A DNA stretch of 64,000 nucleotides, taken from assembly GCA_043228905.1 (NCBI GenBank), contig JBHGNT010000010.1, positions 5,828,001-5,892,000 on the forward strand, read 5' to 3'. The notes under the pieces were generated by a model. The model did not search any database, was not told the DNA's origin, and worked only from the letters and a program-made list of their open reading frames with translations. The translations under genes were made by a program, and so were the position numbers. Origin of the DNA: Azolla caroliniana. Taxonomy: Eukaryota > Plantae > Polypodiophyta. Below are positions 27,387-41,294 of the stretch, one piece after another. Position 1 is the first letter of the stretch, and each line of letters starts with the position of its first letter.

Positions 27387-29690
27387 TGATTGAATGCAAC
27401 GGAATGAAGATATGTGTGTGTGTGAGATAGTCAACAAAGACAGAGATAGACAGAAAACAAGAAACTATATTCACAAGAAAAATCATGCCAGACAACTACA
27501 AAAAGGAGGAGACAATTCTTATGTAGTCACCTTCTCTCTATATTCTCCTACTACAACTACCTATTGGGAAAGAGGTGGAGACATAACTACCTACTAACTA
27601 TGTATGATAGGAGTTGAGTTCTATGACACATGAGTTATGATACAAAGTGGTGGGGTGTTCACACACTTGGATTCTCCTAAGGTGTGTGTTCCCATACTAG
27701 GGAAGTTGAGTTTGATTCTCAACACGCCCCTTCGAACACAACTTCCTGTCACTAGATTGTTGGCTTGGGTCTTTATTGGTCTGGCTCTGACATCATGATG
27801 TCCAGTTTCGGCTTCAACTTTGATGGCCGGCTTAATATGTTATCTATGTTCATCTATGTCTTCTTTTCGTCTGAGCTCCGTGTCGGGCGACTCACTCCCC
27901 GTCAAGATCGGCTAGACAGTTGTCACGAGTCTTAGGTTCGTCGTAAACCGCCGTAACTTCTTGGCTCCTAGGGCCTTCGTGAAGATGTTGGTCGTCTAAA
28001 AACTTGTCCGATATGTAGTAGGTCGACATCTCCAGTCAGGACACGTTCTAGGATAATGTGATAGTGCACCTCGATGTGCTTAGTTCGAGCGTGGAAAATC
28101 GGGTTTCGAGCAAGATGTATGTTGATGAGGTTATCATAGTAGAGGATTAGATCTTTGATGGAGACATCGAGAACCATTAGAATCATTTTTAGCCATACGA
28201 CTTTACAAGCATCAACAGTCGCACCCCTTTATTCAGCCTCTGTGCTTGACAACGCAATTGTCGACTACTTCTTATTGCTCTGCTCCTGAGGGAGAAGACG
28301 AACCCGGAGGTTGATCATATGTCGGCTTTGTAGCTGACCCAATTGGCATTGCCGATTTGTAGAGAATGTCATAATTCATCGTACCACTTACATATCGTAA
28401 CACTCTCTTAGTGCAATCTAGATGAATATTGCGAGGTGTCAACATGATTTGGTTAAGGAGGCCGACTGGATAGCTGAGGTCGGGTCATGTGATGGTGAGG
28501 TACATGAGGCTTCCGATAAGTTGCCGATATTGTGTCGGTTCGCACTGTATGGTGCTAAAGTCGGCATCAAGCTTTAGGTTTCGATCGAGAGGGATTGGCA
28601 CAAATTTGCTTTCAATCATGCTAAAATTATATGGTAAGTTGAGAATGTAGTGCCATTGACAGATCACGATGCCAATCGGGGTTTTAATTACCTTTATACC
28701 AACGAAGTAATGGAGCTCCTTTATATCTTTCATTTTGAATCGGCTGGAGAGGAGCTTTTTGATGTGATCAATATCGACTAAGTGCTCTCCTCAAATGACC
28801 AAATAGTCGACATATATTATGATAAATAACTGTCCTTTGGAGTCGCTCGGGATGAAAAGGGAATTGTTAGATTTGGACATCTTGAAGCCGATTTGATGAA
28901 GATATTATGTTGTCTTCGAGTACCAAGCTCTAGGTGCCTACTTGAGGCTGTAGAGTGGCTTTTTGAGTCAACAAACCGCTTTTGGGTGAGAGCTCCACTT
29001 GAAAGTGGGTGGTTGTACTACATACACTTCTTCTTCTAATTCGCCTTGAAAAAGGATGTTCTTTACGTCCATTTGATGAAGGTACCATACTTTGGTTGCT
29101 GCCAGCGCAATTTCAGTCTGAATGATCGTCATCTTTGCCAACAGGGCAAAGGTTTCTTCATAATCGACCCTTCCCTTTGTCCGATTTTGGACTTGGGCCG
29201 TGTCATGCTTTGATCACTTAGAGGCCGTTGAGGTCCACTCAGTCTTGTTGAGATTGGACTATCCTCCAGTGTAGGCCTCAACCGATCGCTTTCCTCTGAG
29301 TCTATTTCAAGGTTGGTCGAAAACGGTTCAACGTCTGATGCCTAGAAGGACACTGATTCATTGAATATTACGTCCCTAATCACACGAACTTTTCGAGTAG
29401 AGGGGTTAAAACATTTGTCCGACGAAGATACACTTCTCCGATTTCGGATCCAACTTCTATCGTTTTGTCATTGGGAACGTGCACGTATGCAATAGTGTCG
29501 AATATCCGTAGATGGAATAGATCCGGCTTTCTTGCGTAATATTTCTCATGGGGGGTTACGTCGTGCACTCTAGATGTTCTGCACCGGTTCATGAGGTAGA
29601 AGGTAGTATTTGCTACGTCAGCCCAACACAATTTCAATAGGTTTTTTTCGTTCATCATTGCCCTAGCCACCTCTAGTATGTGCCGATTTA
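27387..29690 (-). mobile_element. 5'-truncated, decayed Ty1/Copia retrotransposon (IN-RT-RNaseH-PPT-3'LTR)
   Basis: Integrase ARAMMNEKNL..WADVANT..TPHEKYYARKPDL. RT MKDIKELHYFVGI..YRQLIGSLMYLT. RNaseH LARNPIFHARTKHIEVHYH. Purine tract AAGGGGCG followed by LTR TGTTGAG (27724) to TTCAATCA (27387). Confidence 0.9.
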
Positions 29691-31089
29691 TTCATGTAAT
29701 AACTTTCATGTAACTAATGTTTGGAACTAAAGAGCTATTCAACATTGATGACATGGTGGGTTAGGCTTGGTTGAGACAACCCAATATATTCAACGATAGT
29801 TTTTCCACAAGACCATTTGAAACCATTGAAGATCGCATCATTTCTCCACAAAGCTATCTTAAACACACAAGAAGATCAACGAGGTCCTCACAATTTGCAA
29901 GATTAACGAGGTTCTCACAATATGCAAAGAATGCGGAACAAGAGATTCACCAATCCGTGTGGAATATGAATTAGTTTGGGCTTTCCATGTGCTAAAGTCA
30001 TGAGAGACATGGACAAAGACAACAAACAGTTATACCTAGAGCCATTGGGAATGCATGACAAGGACCATGGATTGATTTGAGGAATCGTGTGATTTCCACA
30101 TTCAGAAATCTTCTCTCTATTCTGTTCTCTCCTATTTTTGCTTCTTGATTGTGCAAGATGAGGCTTGACAGTAGTCACCAAAAACAAACAAAACTTACCT
30201 CTGTCTCTCTCTACTTTTTGGGCAAAGAGTACTTAAGGCAATCAAGGAAATCATCATGCAATGCTCTTCTTTTGAAGATAATCTTGGCTCAAGTTTATCA
30301 CAATTTTCTTGAGCATTATATATAGGTGCATTTGCAAAGAATTTTGTGGATTTTGGCTCAATGTTTGCCAACGTTTTGCTAGATATGCAAGAATTTAGTG
30401 GGATTTCACTTTGGCTCAATGTTTGCCAAAGTTTTGCTTTGGTTCTCAAACTAAGGTTTATTTGTTTAAGTGTCTCGATTTAACGACTTACCCCTACAAA
30501 TTAAAAAGTTACTTCAAGAACAAATTTTGAAAGATGTGAACACTTAAACAAATACTTCATTATAACAAATTCTTCCGTTTTTTATGTATATTTGGAAATG
30601 ACAATGAGAATGCCCTAGCATCCATTTGTCAATAAGTTGCAAGTTGAAAGTTACTGTAACTTGCAAAATCAACCAAGTTAGTTTTGATGCAAGGGAACAC
30701 TGTAACTTGCAAAATCAATCAAAAAATATATATTTCCACTTCATTAGAAATAATACTTCCGCTTTTACATATTTCGGGTAAAGTAGGGGTAGGATCCAGA
30801 GAAAGGATCTATTCAAGGATTAGTGACTAACAATGTCTATTTATTATATATAAGCGAACAAATGGAACTGATGTCTCCTTAAAGATTAATTAATCTCTGA
30901 ATGTCCCGTGACAAATAATGATAGTTACCCTATACAAAAAGAAAACTGTCTGCCTTTTCTTTACCTATTTATATATTTTGTTCTCTATAACCTTTTGTGT
31001 ATGACCTCCTGTATAAACAAGTACCTATAGTTGCTCTTTTTAAAGTATATTTCCTATAGTTCCTCTTCTAGTTATTTCCTAAGTGAATT

Positions 31090-34000
31090 TTACTCAGTTT
31101 CAGGCAATCTGTATCCCCATGGATTTTTGCTCGCCCAGTTCCACTGGTCACGACACATTTCATCAATTCCATATTGAGCCCTGTTATGCCAAAATATACA
31201 GTTAGGTTTTACAATTCAGAAACACTCTCTCCTTAAAAGAGCATGAAAATGTGATACACATTTGGCCGACAACAGATCATATATAACTAGATTTTCACGC
31301 TGCCCCCCAAACCCAAACTTCAAAAAGATACATCAAAGAACATGAAATTGTAAACATTCTGATTACCAAACAAACCAAAACACATTTTGACTAACATCAA
31401 TCGTGAAAGCAAAACTTACTCCCATATAGCTACATGCACAGTTCATAAAATACTAATCTAAAAAGTCCTTCAAATGGTATGGAAGTGTACACATATTTGG
31501 AGTAAGACATCGATCATGAAAATCAAAACCAACTTCCATTGCAATTCAATTTCAGCTTTTTCCATAGAAGCATGAAGGTCAAAACTTACTTCCATTACAA
31601 TTCAATCTCAGCTTTTTCTATAGAAGCATGAAGGTCAAAACTTACTTCCATTGCAATTCAATTTCAGCTTTCGCTGTAGAAGCATACACCTCACTGACAT
31701 CACCAGGCCGACGATCCGCAAACTTGAGGGGTATCTTCTGCAAAGATAAAAATGATAGTGAGTAAAGGGTTCCTCAGAAAACTTAAAACCTTCTACAATA
31801 TTCATATAAGTTGATTACACAAACCTTTCCAGATGCTTTTTCAAAGCCAGTTACCATTTCCAGTACTGATGTCCCACGCCCAGTTCCCAAGTTATATACA
31901 GTGCAGCCTGAATATGCAAAAACTGATGCGTCAATAACAGTGATGTGCTTTCATTTTCTAAAGACAATTGCGTAAATCTTTTTACCTATGTCAGGTGACT
32001 TGAAAAGTTTACGAAGGGCTGCAATGTGCCCATCCGCCAGATCCATTACATGAATATAATCACGAACCTACACAACCAAACTAATTCTACATTAAAATAT
32101 TCACAAACTTTTGGGGTTGGCGATTGTAGAAATAACCAGGCTAATGCCAGTTAACGGGTAGGGATCATCCCAAAAGGTTTTCCCCAATCAGCCAATACAT
32201 CTACTAGTCTAAATATTGTAGTATCTATGTAGAGAAATGTATAGATTTTACTAAGCTTATATAAGCTCTAAAATAATAATAATAATAATAATAACGCCCC
32301 ATATTTTCATAATTTTAGATCAGAAGTAAATGAGTACACGTACCCCAGTGCCATCTTTTGTAGGGTAGTCCTTTCCAAAAACCGTCAATTCTTTTTGCCT
32401 TCCAACAGCTACTTGTTGAATAAATGGCATCAGATTGTTAGGAATTCCCTGTGGATCCTCTCCAATCATTCCACTAGGGTGCGCTCCCACTGGATTGAAG
32501 TACCGGAGAAGAATAACTCTCCAATCAGGATCTGCTCTTTGAACATCACGAGCTATTTCTTCGATAAACAACTACATATCCAATGTTTTGATACACTTAA
32601 ACTTTCTAAACTTCAATATGCATCCATATCCATCCATACATTTGATGGAAATTCACATAAACATAATAAAATTCTGAACTTCGTTTATAGGAAACACTCA
32701 CCTTAGTACGACCATATGGATTTGTTGCAGATAATGGAAAATCCTCAGTGCAAGGAACCGTTTTGGGTTGACCATACACAGTTGCAGAAGATGAAAATAC
32801 AAGCTACAAATTGAAGAGCTGTGTGTGAGCACATACTTATGACTATCATAATTCTAACTAAGCGTAATGAAATGTAATTCTAACCAAGTGTAATGAAAAG
32901 TAATTCTAACCAAGTGTAATGAAAAGTAACTCTAACCAAGTGTAATGAAAAGGGGCACATGCAATTGAACGATACAATTTATAAGAGAAATATTAATGAA
33001 AGCATCACACTCCTGAATTTGAAGTGCCTCACCTTTTTACATCCATGGTCACTCATAACTTCTAGAAGATTGAGAGTTCCTACAAGGTTGTTCTGATGGT
33101 ATAACAATGGCTTCGCGACACTCTCACCAACAGCTTTTAAGCCTGCAAAGTGAATGACTGCATCGAAGCTGAAGAATAAAAACACGAGAAGAGTTAGACA
33201 TTTAAGCATGTCCACATTGCTTCTTGGTTATCAAATGACTAAAGGTGCAAGGTCTTGTAGAGTACATGCAAACCCAAAATGACATTAATGTGAATGCCAA
33301 TGAAAACATACCTTAACATGTTATCATATCAAGCCTGAAGGCTTAACTCTTTGTGTTAAGTAAATATCTAGTGTTACTGATATGTACTATCTGCTAATTT
33401 GGAGATTAGTGCTATGCATTCACAAACTGAACATTGCCCTATGTGTGTATGTGTGATTGAGGAATTACCTGACTGTTTGAAAGACCTGCTTTAACAACTC
33501 CTTATCCCTGAGGTCTACCTGCAAACAATAGAAGGTCAGAGATTTTGATGTTTAAGTACACAAATGATTATGTTCTTATACTCTAGATCCACGATAGGAA
33601 GTACATTTATGTGACAGATTAATATTGACCATTCTGTGGAATAACAATGCTTTTAAGTAAACAAACGATCATATTGGTGTGTAAATTTTAAATCCATGGT
33701 TATAAAAACTGTGTAAGATGTTAATTGTACACACCATTTAGAGTATTTACAAAACTTCAGTATCCTTTCATATCTATATACTTTCATATCTATATAACTG
33801 AATGCAAAGGTTTCATGTCAGAACTCCTAGATCATAAACTATATTTTATAACGCAGATTTAATGTCATGCAATTACAACAAGTTCTTTATTGTTTATTAT
33901 TTACCTTGAAAAAATAGAGGCTTTTTCCATTCTCCCCAGCAAGATCAGCAACTCTTTTCACCGCATCCTCCACAGAATTGTCTAGGTTATCAATAATCAC

Positions 34001-34129
34001 AACTTTATAGCCAGCCTCAAGAAGCAACAAAGCCGTATGACTACCAATATAACCAGCTCCACCCGTCACAAGGATAAATTTCTCATCAGAATTTGGATCC
34101 CTTCTGATCTCTCGAAACCCATGACCCAT
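31090..34129 (-). CDS. UGE: UDP-glucose 4-epimerase, 9 coding exons
   Basis: Exons 34129-33905, 33518-33469, 33168-33033, 32803-32702, 32571-32344, 32067-31986, 31907-31825, 31737-31646, 31180-31090 join in frame. Motifs [56 protein letters not shown]. Probable 5'UTR GC-AG intron 34742-34174. Confidence 0.97.
31514..31685 (-). repeat. 56-bp tandem triplication of the UGE exon 8 end plus splice donor
   Basis: Unit ATGCTTCTA..AAAGCTGAAATTGAATTGCAATGGAA|GTAAGTTTTGACCTTC. Exon-end positions at 31646, 31590 and 31534. Confidence 0.92.
32851..32951. repeat. ~25-bp minisatellite x4 in a UGE intron
   Basis: TAATTCTAACCAAGTGTAATGAAAAG is repeated. Confidence 0.85.
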
Positions 34130-35076
34130 GATGATGGATACAGGTTATCCAAATAATAAAACAGCAATACACCCTGCATTAACAAGATGAAATGAGTTCA
34201 GATAAAGGTATCTTCCAATTTGAAGTCTAGTGCTGAAGAAATTCCAACCATGGAATAAAAAAAGCCTTGTTTGAGCAAATATTATTTCTTGGATAACTCA
34301 TAGACTCTATCAGTTCTTCAAGTCATAATCATCGCTTATCAGAGATTAATATGTAATAATCACTTGCATAAGTTTACATGCGTGCATAATATAAACACAT
34401 ACATATGTATAGCCCAAGAAGAATAGAATTACCGCCATGATTAAGCTTTTTAATTCAATATTGGATTGCAGCTTTTTATGAGCCAGAAATGACAAATAGC
34501 TTTCTACGGAAAAAAATAAGGCATTATATACGAACATCACATGCATGCATGCATGCATGCAAACCTACACAAATGCATACATATACACACAGACACATAT
34601 ATCTACCATTCAGACACATGCAGACGCATACAAACACATATACCTACAGTATGTATTCATTCTGATCAAAATAATGACCAAGAAAATAGAAGGAAAAAAG
34701 AAAAAGAAAAAGAAAAAAGAGAACCCAAAACAGGGCACTTGCCTGTTAGAGAGTGGATGTGATGAAGAGGAAGATTTACGTTAACACGTTTGCTCTTGCT
34801 TTCTCTCCTTTCTTGTTCTATTGTTGTGTGTATGTACGGTAGGTTTTGCTGCGTCGATGGATGGATGGATGGATGGAAAGCTTCTCAGTATGTTCTGAAA
34901 GGGTAGGAGAGGAGGGGTAGAGATATGGGTATGCAGCGATGGAAAGATTTCTGGAGCAGAGCAGAGCAGAGCAGAACAGAGCTTTCAAAACGTATTTTGC
35001 GTGAGTTTCTTCTTCTTCTTCTTCTTCTTCTTCTTTTTGAACCTTCCTGCGTTCGCAGGGAAACCAAAATCCGCCC

Positions 35077-35163
35077 GCCACGTGGCACGACTCCACGTCA
35101 TCACCCCTCGTCCTACGTGGCTCCCCCTATCCCAAAACCAATCAATCCCTATGCTGACGTGGA
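35077..35163 (-). promoter_or_regulatory. Cluster of four ACGT-core elements (G-box/ABRE-like) upstream of UGE
   Basis: GCCACGTGGC, CCACGTCA, CTACGTGG and TGACGTGG lie within ~90 bp. Confidence 0.55.
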
Positions 35164-35206
35164 CTCTCTCTCTCTCTCTCTCTCTCTCTATACATATATA
35201 TATCTC

Positions 35207-35239
<33 letters not shown>

Positions 35240-35245
35240 ATATTA

Positions 35246-35503
35246 CATAGTATGAACCCTACTTGCATTCGCATTCGCGTATGTTTCAATCATTCGAGTA
35301 TCGTAAACACCCTCGAAGTATGGTAAATACCATACTTTTATATTCATTATTTATTATAAGGTAATTTTGTTTTTAAAGTAAGAAAGTTAAGGTAAAAAGT
35401 GTAAAAATAAAAACATAAAGAATCTTTTGATAACATACGCATTCTTTTTCATTCGTGTAAAAAAGAATGGTTGCCAATGCATTCGAGTATATTCTGTACT
35501 ATA
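35246..35503. mobile_element. MITE (family shared with 52185-52444, opposite orientation)
   Basis: Termini CATAGTA..GTACTATA. Reverse-complement similarity to 52185-52444 over its length, including the palindrome AAGTATGGTAAATACCATACTT. Confidence 0.75.
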
Positions 35504-35634
35504 CATATATATATGTATGTATCTCGTTTTGTTTTTTTTATTTTTGGGAAACACACAATTATATTAATAAATGTATGTGAGAAACACTACTTACAATGGG
35601 TTGTCTCTCTTCTTCTTCTTCTTCTTTGGTAAAG

Positions 35635-35681
<47 letters not shown>

Positions 35682-36957
35682 TGGGAACTCTACCACCCCT
35701 CTTGTCTTTTCGCCTTCTACTAAACATAGAACCGGAAAATCGCATTTGCCATCTCCCAACCAACCCTCTCGTATTTTGATTGAATGGCCTCTCGAGAACT
35801 CCTTCGATCGCTTTTATGATGCTCGATTCTTCTACCCACTACTACTTTTTCCGAACATGCAATTGAGCTTGTGAGCTTTATATCTCTTATTAAGCATGCG
35901 ATGAAAGGAAGGAAACCGTTTCCAAGAGTAACTGGTAGTAAAGTCTTAATGATTTCTGAGCAATCAATTCTGCTTTCAACCCTTTCTTTCTATGTCGATG
36001 TCTACACGAACAATTCTGGGTTTCTGTGTTATTGTGTGAGTCGATCAGCCCAAAATCCGAGTCGTTGACATGTAAACTGATGAGCAAATTCATGTGAACA
36101 CATGGATAGAATAAGTCTTTCTTGGGTCATATGTAGAAAGTGTCTCATCCTTACATATTCAATTTAGTACCATTATAGAGAAGGAGACATAGAATTGCAC
36201 GTTCGTGAGATAAGAGATTACTTGTTTTTCCTTTGCCCTCTCTTTTGACTTGGACCCTTGATTACACACACAAGTTCAACCATTCAACATATACAAGTCC
36301 AACCCTTCATTTTGCTCTCTTCTTCCTACGTCACATCTAGTTCTCTTTTCCCTCGTGTCTCTCATTTTTTTCAAATTGTGTTGAAGACTTCAAATTTGCC
36401 TTTTATTACGTGGACTTTCTGCCCTTGAGAAATAAGACGCGTGTCATTATATTTGCACCTAACGGATGAACAAGACCATAATGTATTCTTGTTTTCTGTT
36501 GCTTTCACTAAAGAAAGTGTTGTGTAATGTGTTTGTTTTCAATCTTGTTGTTCTCATTTAGAACTTGAATTAATTTCAGTTGAATAAAATCCACTTAGTT
36601 ACTCCTCGATGTTTGTTGTTGTACATCCATTTTTTGTCGAACTATTCGTTATAGTGATATAGTCATTACCTACTATTGTTTTCTATAAGGCAATTGATTT
36701 TTTTTTGTCCCTTTTTCTTCTCACTCTTTAGCATGGTGTCTATATTTTTTGTGCAATTTTTCCCATTTCTTCGTTAATACAAATACTTAGAAGTTAGAAC
36801 AACCTTTTGAACATTTTGTTTTCTACTAAACTAATGAAATATAGAACTTCACTTGGGAAGGTGTTCTATTCAAAGTTTAAACTTAAAACTATGCATAGGA
36901 AGATAGAAGTGAAAAGTGGCTCATGTAATTGAAGAATGCATGTCTAGGAGAAGAAGT

Positions 36958-37280
36958 TATAATGGAGAATTATTAATGAAAGAGTCACACTCGTGAATTT
37001 GAAGTGCCTCACCATTTTACATCCATGGTCACTCATAACCTCTAGAATATTGAGAGTTCCTACAAGGTTGTTCTAATGGTATTAGCAATGGCAACGCTTT
37101 GATTGACAACTTTCAAGCTTGCAAAGCAAATGATTGCATCAATGCTGAAGATTAAAAGCATGAGAAGAACGAGACATTGAAGCACATTATTATTGCTTCT
37201 TGATTTACAAATGAAAAAAGGTGCAGTGTGTTGTAGAGTATATGTACACCCAAATACATCATGTGAATGCCAATGAAAAC
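36958..37280 (-). pseudogene. Degraded genomic duplicate of UGE exon 3 with both flanking intron segments
   Basis: Colinear with 32980-33307, e.g. GAATTTGAAGTGCCTCACC.TTTTACATCCATGGTCACTCATAAC and ATGTGAATGCCAATGAAAAC. Carries indels and a CAG>TAG stop. Confidence 0.9.
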
Positions 37281-37699
37281 TTGTCTTACTACCTAGCCCT
37301 TACCCATCCTTTCATGTACAACACATGACCATCCATGTATTGAATCCTTGGAATATATCTATCACTTTCAATGTTATGCCTTTTTTAGGAAAACAAAACA
37401 TTTCACAACATTGGATAAGGTTAAGATTTTCTTTTCTTTAAAAAGTTAGTTATGGACCATGGTGGCATCTTCATTGATGCAAGGAAAAGAAAATGTGTGG
37501 CCTTATATACAAAGGTTTGGCTCAAGACACTTCACTATCCAGATTCAGCCCAAGTTTATGGCTTTACCCAAAATCATATCACTTGTCTACGTTTCAATTC
37601 AATCTTCTCGTAGACTATACTTATTTTGCATGCATGCATGATCATGCACTCGCAACTTTCACAAACAACCAGATTACATTCTTTTATTTAAATATTGTT

Positions 37700-39520
37700 G
37701 TTTGTGTTGGTGAAGTAACATTTGAGTATGAATCCCTTTAAAGATATGGTGGCATATGTGCTTTATTGTTAATCAAAAGCTTTAAAGATCCATTTGCCAA
37801 TCGTAAGACATACGAAGATAATAAATGGTATGCACTTATACTTATTGTTTTCGGATAAACCATGTTAAGCAATAGTGCTTTTATAGTGGCATGCTATAAA
37901 CATAAAGATATCCTTCTAGAAAGGCATATCCATATATGACTACTACGATCAACCCGGATCATCCCAAGCGTGTGGAGATTGTTTTGTTTTATTTTGACAA
38001 TCAATACGTAAACCAAGATGGCTTTGCAACATTCACATTGCACTAAAAGCACATTTATGTGGACCCTTATCCTATGCATATTGTCATCATGCTTTATGCA
38101 TATACAATAATACAAATGATATATAAGTTTTCTTCAATTGCATCCCATTAGCTTTATTAAATAATATTTGCACAAAGATTCTCCTGTCTCCTATTGATTG
38201 CCACGCAATGTACATTTCTTGACATAGTAATGTGTGTGTGTATGCGTATAAGAAGTAACAAGAATAATTATTTACCTTGACTAGACCTAGACGCAACAAG
38301 TAACATGTGAAGTTAAAAAAAAAGGAGCGTCTAAACCTTAAACTATCCAAAAGTCTCCATTTTATAGTTCTATGCTATATGTATAGTAATGGCCTAAAAT
38401 AAATCTTAGAAGTGCACAAACAAAAGGATCATTACTTTCAAGAGTTTATATTTAAGAACATTCTTGTTGCACATCTTTTAGTAATGTATTTCATTATATT
38501 TATAATACATATAAAACCTCACAATATTACTTTTTAAATCCACATTAATTATAATTTTTTATAAAACCCACATATTTTTAGTTTATAATGAATTCATGAA
38601 AATTTTAAAATTAAGAATATAGCCTACAAAAATGCATGATTATATCACATAAATTGGGTTGTTCAGTCTTATGATAGTCAAGGGGGTAATCTAACGTATT
38701 GGGTTGTTTGTCCTTAACATGACGATACATTGTGAAGTACATGTCATGCACTTCACCAACATGGATATTAACATAATCATGGCAAGAGAGTCATAATATG
38801 TTGAGCATATAGGTATTATTCTAAGAGCCTTGTTAATGTGAAATAGGATAAAGGTTGTAACACTTAAAATTCGAAGATGTGAAGGTGATACCACATTTAG
38901 TAATGGGCATATGTGCATAAGAACAAATTAACCCTATCTCAAACCTTTTTATATATTTTCATAAATACATCTATGCAAAAAAGACATTGCCTTAAGTTTG
39001 CAAAGTAGAAGAAGTATCACAAATCTATAAGCCAATAATTTGTTATAACGAATTGGTTGGTGGAAATTGTTTATAGATCTAATTATATTGACTTTAACAA
39101 TACAAAGCTTCTCAACTCCAATCAACAACAAAATTAAAGAAAAGAACACAAGAGGTGCATGAATGGTGATACCAATAAATAGATGCATTATATAAGTCAC
39201 ACTACAATGACATGTAAGTTTGGTAACACTTTTGGCAATTTCCACAACATCAATGTTCAAGAATTTGGTGCATTAGCTAATATAGTGTCATGTTATGCTA
39301 ATTATCTAATAACACTTATTCTCTCTTACAAGGGTATTATTTTGTATAAAACATATTTTTCTAGCACGCAAAGTTACCATGTTCAATTAAGATCTTAAGA
39401 AGAAGAATAGTTTCTCAAATTGATTGTGTCCTAGATAATTATATAAAACTTTAATTGGGTAGAAGGCATTTTAGCATGAAAAAGAACCATATGGACGTTC
39501 TCAAGGGGTGAAATTTCAAG
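37700..39520 (+). mobile_element. Possible highly decayed CACTA (Tnp2-like) transposase remnant
   Basis: Scattered motifs in expected order across frames: DPF (~37785), GISIYD (~37922), FTL..MWT (~38030-38066). No ORF remains. Confidence 0.3.
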
Positions 39521-41294
39521 GTATATAATCAAAAGATTGGGTCTGGTGTAGATCAAGAATTCACATTTGGTTTGATTACATTTGGTTTGATTAGGTTTGA
39601 TTAGGTTAGTTTGGTGTTAAGCAATAATGATATTGTTATTGTACACATGCAAACAACCACTCTCATCTTAATGGCTTATGTTTTGATTGCGTTAGTTTGC
39701 TGTAGATAAAGGGTTGTATTAATTTCAGTTAGCATGTGGTATGATCATGTTAGTTTGGTGTTGTAACCAATACTTACATGGTCATTTTATATGTGCAACC
39801 CACCACTCTCATCTTACAATGAGAAACTGACCTTTATTGTTGACCACTCACATCCTTGATAGACTACATTCCCCTAGTATGCCCTACGCTTAAATCTCAA
39901 CAAAAATCTTGATGTCACATGTTTTGTTGTGGACAACTTTATAGCAAATTTTGCTCGTCTATGGCACAAAAGCGCATTAGTGTTATTGTGAAGAGAGTCA
40001 CTCCCATCTAGACGTGAACCTTCCCAATGCATGACATGAAAGAAAATAAAAAATGTTAACTGCCTTTTGTGAAGAGATATAGAAAGACAATTCTCATTTC
40101 TTGGAAGATAATAAGGTTAATATTAAATAAGAGTTTTTGTGATGGCATAGACATCCTGGTCAGCATTTCTTCGCTCACGGCTCTAGAATTCACACAAGAA
40201 GAAAGGACAAATGTTGTGCGAAATAAAGGGCCAAATCTATGAAAACCACAAATCATGTATTAAGGAGATGCAATTGGCTGTCCTCCCATGTTCCTCTAAT
40301 GGAGTTAGGATAACAATCAGTGAAAGGACTAGTCAAGAACCCCAACTTAGCTAAAAGATTAGATGGCAGGATCCTTCGTATACCTTCAGAAACTTGAGTG
40401 ACCTAAATTAGCATATACCCCTCAGTAGTGTGGTATTTCTACAACAAAAACTATCTCAATAGGTCATACCTTTCTACTGTCAATGATGAACACTGACAAA
40501 TTAAACATGATTTACTTCTTCAGCAAGCAACTAATGTCTTGGCTGACACAATGTGTATCCACTCAATGGGAGCCTTTCAAATTTGAGCACCATGGAGCAC
40601 CAGTGGTACCTCAAATGTTTGTGGCATTCAGCATACAGATTTTTTAAGAAATAGCTTGTGAGGTGCCTTGAAGTCATCATGTAGTCGTTGAACAACTGGA
40701 AGGAAACCGTTGACCATCATACAGCAATTGCATATTTTAATATCATTATCACACCTGCAATTTGACAAGCTAGCATGGATTCTTAGCACATTATCAATAG
40801 TGTAGTAAAGCTGCATCAGTAGATGGATGTAACAAACAGGTGGCCAATTTTCCTCTGTTAGAATCTGCATAACAGCTCATCATAAAGGAAAAGGTGAAGA
40901 TTGGAACAGGTCACACCAATGTTTTGCATGTACTTTGAGATGTGAACCCAATTCTTCATATATGCCAATAAGAGAAACCTATTCTAAAACAAGAGACGGT
41001 CCGTACATGTTAGTAATACAAGAGTATTATCTTTAAACAGCAAGGATATTATCGTCATATTCGCCAATTTTGGAAGAATCTGCGCACATAATAACACACC
41101 TTGACATCATATCAGACTAACCCTTTCTTACTTATCTTCCGCTCGAGTATTCTTGCGCAGCAAACCTTGCTAGTTGACTATCTTCTGGTGTAGTTAAGCT
41201 CCGAATTCTCATTCACAAACTCTCCGATTAGACCAAATTATACAATACTAGATGCACATATTAAAGTTATTACAGAAGGTATTCACTGATCCTT

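Noticed and set aside
35585-40431. CACTACT..AGTAGTG as termini of a CACTA element enclosing the UGE fragment
   Set aside because: Only 7 bp match, the 3-bp flanks differ (AAA versus TGG), and no subterminal repeats were seen.
40628-40870. Exon-like ORF downstream of NAP1
   Set aside because: No recognisable homology; probably UTR or intergenic.
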